Shown piece after piece: positions 58,625 through 64,000 of a stretch of 64,000 nt of DNA (the stretch's first letter is position 1; the number at the start of each line of letters is the position of its first letter). The notes beneath the pieces were generated by a model. The model was not told the DNA's origin. It saw only the letters and a program-made list of their open reading frames with translations, and ran no database searches. The DNA is from Eledone cirrhosa (Eukaryota). The stretch covers positions 7,254,001-7,318,000 of the forward strand of contig OZ024756.1 of NCBI GenBank assembly GCA_964016885.1, in the 5' to 3' direction. The position numbers and the translations under genes were made by a program.

Positions 58625-61600
58625 CTACAGGCTGAGGTAGAGAGAAGGCCCATTCACACGGGCCATTCTCGCAACTTTCACCCACCTTTCATAAAACTGG
58701 CTGGAGTGGAGCACCTCTCCCTCCATCCTGATCCTTCTTCCGAAATGGTATCGGAAGAAAAGGACCAGTTGTTGGCCGGAGAGAAAGGTGTCCGACCTCA
58801 GCCCTTTCACACGCGTCCACCATATAGCCTCTTTTACCATGGCTATTACACAGAGGAAGACCGCCTCTCCTTCATTTTTGAAGGGGGGAGGCGGCTTGAT
58901 CGTTACAATGGACTCGGTGGTCAACCTAGTTGGTCCCACCCGTGACAGCAGTTGTTCGACATAAATCCACAGATCGGTGCGCGACGGTTTCCTCGTCGCG
59001 CACGCATCTGGGACAGATCTTTTCGAGGGGTCCCTACCCGGGCGCCCGTGTCTGTAGAGCTTATCCCGAACGGGCAGCGCACTTCGGTAGCACTGCCAGG
59101 CCAAGGACTTCTGGAAATTGTCCATAGGTCCCGGGCCGAAAGTCCTACCGAATAGACTGGCCAGTTCGTCCTCCTCCATGCCTAGGGCTTCTCCGAGGGC
59201 GTCGTCGCACCCGCTAACCACCAGCCCTCTATAGAATGACGAGGTGGAGTCTCCGTCGATAGCCGGGTCCGCCTGCCAGAGAGCCGTGAGCGCCTGGGCA
59301 CACTCGGTGTGCCAGTCGCCTAGTTTTCTCGGTCTTTGCTTCACCCAGGACTGCAGCTCGGTGAGCGAGACGAGCCTCGGGAAGGCTCGCCTCACAAACG
59401 GGGCCCACACCGGTTGACCGGTGAGGAATACGTGGAGGTGCCTTAGCCTCAATGCGTGTTTACGCATTTTTAGCCACGGCATCCCCAGCCCTCCTTTCAA
59501 AGGGTGTTGACAGCAGATGGATCTCCTCACCAGAGGAGACCTCTTCTTCCAAAGGAAATAAAAGAGGGCGCGCTCCATTTTGGCGAGGATCTCACCCGGG
59601 CAAGGCACGACAGTCAAGCGGTAATAGATGACGGACGCTATGTAAGCGTTCGCCACCTCCGCCCGACCTTTTAGGGATAATTTGCACTCGGCCCACTTCT
59701 GGGTCAGTGCAAACACCCTATTCGTCACCTCACCCCAGTTTTTCTCCACCTGGGGGTGTGGTCCGAACCAGACCCCAAGCAACTTCACCGGGCCCTCCGT
59801 CCACCGTCCGACGATACCGTCGCACGACATCGCTTTGCCTCTCCACTCGCCGAGTTGCAAAGCGACTGACTTGTCCCGGTTCAGATTAGCCCCTGTCAAC
59901 CTTTCGTACTCCTCTAGTAAGGTGCCGATTGCCTCGATTTCCGAGGTGGTCGACACCATTACTGTTACGACATCGGCGTAGGCCGACACCGCTTTGCGCA
60001 ATCCCGGTTCCAAAGGGATGCCCTGCAACAACTCCAACTTCCGCAGTAATGGCTCGAGAGCCAATACATACAGAAGGGAGGAGAGAGGGCACCCCTGTCG
60101 GATGGAGCGGGTGATTTCGAATGGCTCCGAAAGGTAGCCGTTCACCTTGACTCTAGAGCAGATGTGGCTGCTGTGCATGGCAGTGATCCAGCCCCTGAAA
60201 ACGGGTCCGAACCCAGCCACCGCTTAGACTGATCTAAATTTATCAGGGCCCCACCAAAGCCGGGTTCGTTCCCAACCCTCTCTATGATGTATCGCATGAG
60301 GTGGAGGTTGTCGTGGATGGACCTGGACGGGATAGCGCATGCCTGCGCATCTCCCACCAGGCCCCTCACGACAAGCGCCAACCTCTTCGCTAACACCTTC
60401 GCCAAAATCTTTAACTCTGCATTTAGCAGAGTTATGGGCCTAAAATTACTAATGTTATCCCCCTTGTTCTCGTCCTTCCTCACTAGCGAGACTACGCCCT
60501 TGGTCACAGAACAGGGAATTCTCCCGTTCTGTTGCCAGTTGCAGTAGACCGCCTCGAGGAGATCGGGGAACAAGTCCGGCATATTAATATATAGTTCGTA
60601 GGGCAGACCATCGAGTCCTGGAGATTTGCGTTTGCCGCATAGGCTCAGCACGTCCCCTATTTCAGCTGCTGAGATCGGCCCGTCCCAGGACCTCGCCTCC
60701 CTGTCCGAAAGACGCGGCAGGCCATCGAGGTATGGACTGAAATCCACATCTCCAACCGGCCCCCCGGCCCTGCCGAACAATTGGGCAAAGTGCCTTTGAA
60801 AGGCCTCGCACATTTGCTTAGGTTCAAGGATCACCCGTCCATCCTGGTCTCGCAAAGACCGGATAGTGGATTTAATCCCACTTTTCGCTTCTGTCACGCG
60901 GGCTCAGCTAACAGCTTTGGTCCCCTCGTTTCCCAGAGCACGTATTTTGCTTCGGACAACGCAGCCTTCGTGTTTCGCGTCGAAGAACTGGTTCAAGACC
61001 GTTCTCGACGCTTGCACTCTGGCCACGTTGCCGCTTCTCATTGCCTCTTCAACATTAACTACCAACTCCCTTTCCTTCCTATTTCTATCTGAGGCTAACT
61101 CCTTACTAACTCCTATTGAAACTACTCTAATCTCTCTTTTTAGAGAGCCCCACCACCTGTTGTTGACGATGGCGCCCGTCAACCGCTCCTTAACTAAGGT
61201 TCTAATCCGGTCCCTGTAAGCTCTACTTGCCGGTAAGGACAAGTTGAGCTTCCAGTAACCGGGCCCCTGCCTATGCGTTCTATCAAGGTGGACTACGCAG
61301 GTCACTAACTTGTGGTCTGAATAGCCTACCATGAGCATTTCTGGACAACTTAAAAAGTCCCTATCCTTAATTCTAACTAAGAACCTATCTAGGTACGATC
61401 TAGATTGACCACTGTTATTTGACCAGGTCCAGGTTGGTACAGTTGGAAAATCTAGTCGGTATCTATCGGCCAGGTCAAATCGGCCGATTAACCCCTTAAG
61501 GCTGTTGCACCCCCCTCTATCGGGACATGCCCCTACATAGTCCCAACGTGCATCTAGGATACCATTCCAGTCCCCCACTAAAAGCAAGGAGCGGGACGTC

Positions 61601-61992
61601 CCTAGAAAAGTGTTCAGACGATGGAAGAAGTCCGACCGCATTGCCCCAAACGGGGCGTATACGGCGACTAGCCTAAAAGCTTCGCCTTCACCATTTCCAA
61701 GGTCCAGAACCACGAGTCGACCCTCCGGGTCCAAGTGTACCGTCTGTGTAGCGAGACCCAGATGTTTTTGCAGCAGAACGACAACCCCACCCCCACCTCC
61801 GGGCTGACAGAGAGATGCGTGCATCTCAAAGTCATCAAAGGTGGGGGCTAGCTGTCGCATGCTGCTGATCCGGGCCTCGCAAATAACCATCACATTTATA
61901 CATTGTGACCTGAGGTCACTTAGAAGTTTAGCTTGCTTCCAAGGTGAGCCCAGGCCACGCGCATTTAGACAACCTACTCTTAAGACAGCCAT
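58625..61992 (-). pseudogene. Tx1/L1 ORF2 (AP endonuclease, RT), disrupted
   Basis: LNARGL, VYAP, GDWN, SYLDRF, SDH, YWKLN; SPGLDGLP, FRPITLLN, LDQSK, RQGCPLS, YADV. In-frame stop at 60904, deletion/frameshift near 60220, YADD changed to YADV. Confidence 0.92.
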
Positions 61993-62015
61993 GTTGGTGG
62001 CAAAGAAAGAGGCAC

Positions 62016-63788
62016 TTACCTCTCTGCGTCCCGGGGTTCGGGCCGCTCAGTTTCCATGGGGCTGGTGGAGGGGTTGATGGGTGGGGTGGTGGTTTGTGGT
62101 GGTGTGGGGGTATTAGTGTGTGGAGGGGTTGGGATCTTTGGAGTTGTGTGGGTGTTTGAGGAGGGGAGGGGAAAACCTTTCAGGAGGACGCGGTTGAGTG
62201 GCCTGGTGCAGGGTGGGCCCACGTCCTCAGGGTAAATGTCTTTCAAAGTTTTGAAAATCTCAAGTGGGATTTTCACCATTTTCAGGTTAGGGAGCCCCAT
62301 TGCCGTTACGAAATTCGGCCCTTCGGTTTGTATCGAAGGGTTGTTTTCTATTTTTTCAGTTAGGTTTTTATTCTTTTTGTTTATGTATGTGTAGAGTTTT
62401 TGTGGTGTTGTGTTTGTTTTTGCTTGTTGTTGTTGAGTGAGTTTGCGTTGTATTGTCTGTGTTGTGTTGTCAGGTGGGGTTATTTTTGTTTGTGTGGTGT
62501 GTGTACGTTTTTTTATTTTCACTTCTTGGAAGGGAGCCCCCTCGTCTTCCGACGATATGAGCTCCTCTTCCGTATTGGAGGGGAGGGGTATATCTCCGGG
62601 TTGTGTATGAACTGCGTGTGTTTTTGTATTTGTGTTCTGTGGGGTGGGGCTGGGTGGGACCGTGTTTTGGGTTGTTTTCTTGAGCTGTTGTTGATGTTGT
62701 TGTTGTTGTGGTGGTGGTGGCGGTGGTGTTGTTGGTGGTTTTTGTTGTCGTTCTGGTGGTGATGGTAGTGTATTTTGTTGTTTTTGTGAGGGTGGTGCTG
62801 GTTGTTTTTGTTGTTGTTGTGGTGTTTGTAGCAGTGGTTTTTTTGTTGTTAGTAGAGGGCAGGCTGTCCTCAGGTGACCTCTGCCATCGCAGTAGTAACA
62901 TGAGGGTCTCCTGCCTTCCACTGTGATATTTATGAAGGTTCGCCCATCCAGTACCACTCGGTCGGGTATTCCGGAGATTCTCTCAGGTGTCATCTGTAAG
63001 AGAACCTCCAGACTTTTCCCCCCGAACAGTCCACTGGTGGACTCCCCTGCTGAAATAAGTATATCATTTTCTAGGTCGGTAAATCCTGTTAGGACGGACC
63101 AGATGTTAATTTCTGGCGTTGGGCTCCATATTCTTATTCTTTGTGTTCTTCTTCCTTTATATGTGGGGAAGAAGGTGTATTGTGGTGACACTATAGGTGC
63201 CACCGAATATTTTTGCGCCAGCATTTCGTCCTTCATTCGGACCATAATGCTGGCATACAGCTTTCCTCTTTGAATAAAGAGTATGTCGTTTTTAATTTCT
63301 TTCAGAACCAGCTCAATTTGACTTTCGGTCAATTGCTATGGCTTTCTTGTTTCGTTGGTTATGGTTCTGTAGGTTACGGTATTCTTATAAACCTGTTGAC
63401 GCACTTCTTCTGGGGAGTTGATCGTAAAAGAACCATCCTCCCCAAAAGATACGTATTTTCTAGCCTCTAGCAAATTTTCATTGGCGTTCGTGATGTCTAT
63501 GGGTTTGTATTCCGTGGCTTTCCTGAGTGTTTGGGCAAAAGAAATGTTGTCTTTGTTTGTTGTTGTAATGTTGTTGGTTTCCTTATTTGTGGTGTTATTT
63601 TTTTCTTCAAAATTAAGTTTTTCATTTGAATTAATATTCTTTTTTTTTTCATTGGAGAGGAGGGGCTGTTCAACAGTTTGAACTGTTGTTTCCTCTTTCC
63701 CGCTTGTTTTTTTGGTAGGCGTGGCGTTCGCTTCCAATATGGCGATATCGTTTTCGACGATATCGTTATCAACGATATCGATAAACAT
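62016..63788 (-). pseudogene. Tx1/L1 ORF1 with CCHC zinc knuckle and Q/P/T-rich region; in-frame stop at 63336
   Basis: CYYCDGRGHLRTAC = CX2CX4HX4C; the two track ORFs are in frame across TAG. Confidence 0.85.
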
Positions 63789-64000
63789 TTTTGAATTAAT
63801 TATTTTTCACCCCAAAAGGGGTGAAAATATAATTGCCCTACGTCTATAGTCCCAGACTAGGGGTTAGAGTTAATAATACAAAAGAATTTAAATAATTCAC
63901 TCACAAATATAGCAGGTAAAAATCCCAAATCGCAGAGCCGATATAAAACACGTCTACTATCCTCAGACAGACAGACAGACAGACAGACAGACACATTTCT

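Larger units (their letters stand above)
58401..63964 (-). mobile_element. Near-full-length L1/Tx1-clade LINE, inactive
   Basis: 5' UTR, ORF1, ORF2, 3' UTR with AATAAA; both ends abut (GACA)n. Confidence 0.9.

Overview
Gene-poor, very AT-rich animal genomic DNA. It is most likely an octopod cephalopod, inferred from the OK-type tRNA-derived SINE and the huge (TA)n tracts. Roughly half the window is (TA)n-derived microsatellite, which explains almost all long 'YIYI' ORFs in the track; none of those are genes. Protein-coding relics are a decayed CR1-group LINE (26.3-28.5 kb), a Penelope-like element (PLE) with RT and C-terminal GIY-YIG (28.9-30.65 kb) and a near-full-length but disrupted L1/Tx1 LINE (58.4-64.0 kb, minus) sitting in a (GACA)n tract. 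No host gene could be supported. The main hidden signal is in the non-coding islands between the (TA)n tracts. By manual folding I count about 28 type I hammerhead ribozyme (HHR) motifs in about 13 distinct sequence contexts. Several lie in 310-595 nt monomers that are tandemly repeated or circularly permuted and are repeatedly arranged as divergent inverted duplications with 3' ends running into (TA)n. The clearest case is an 11-copy 310-bp array that switches strand in the middle. This reads as a diverse community of PLE-mobilised retrozymes (inference). It includes a U3-A8 core variant, large stem II insertions, and a shared octamer...TATA module in two families. All folds were done by eye and none were tested.
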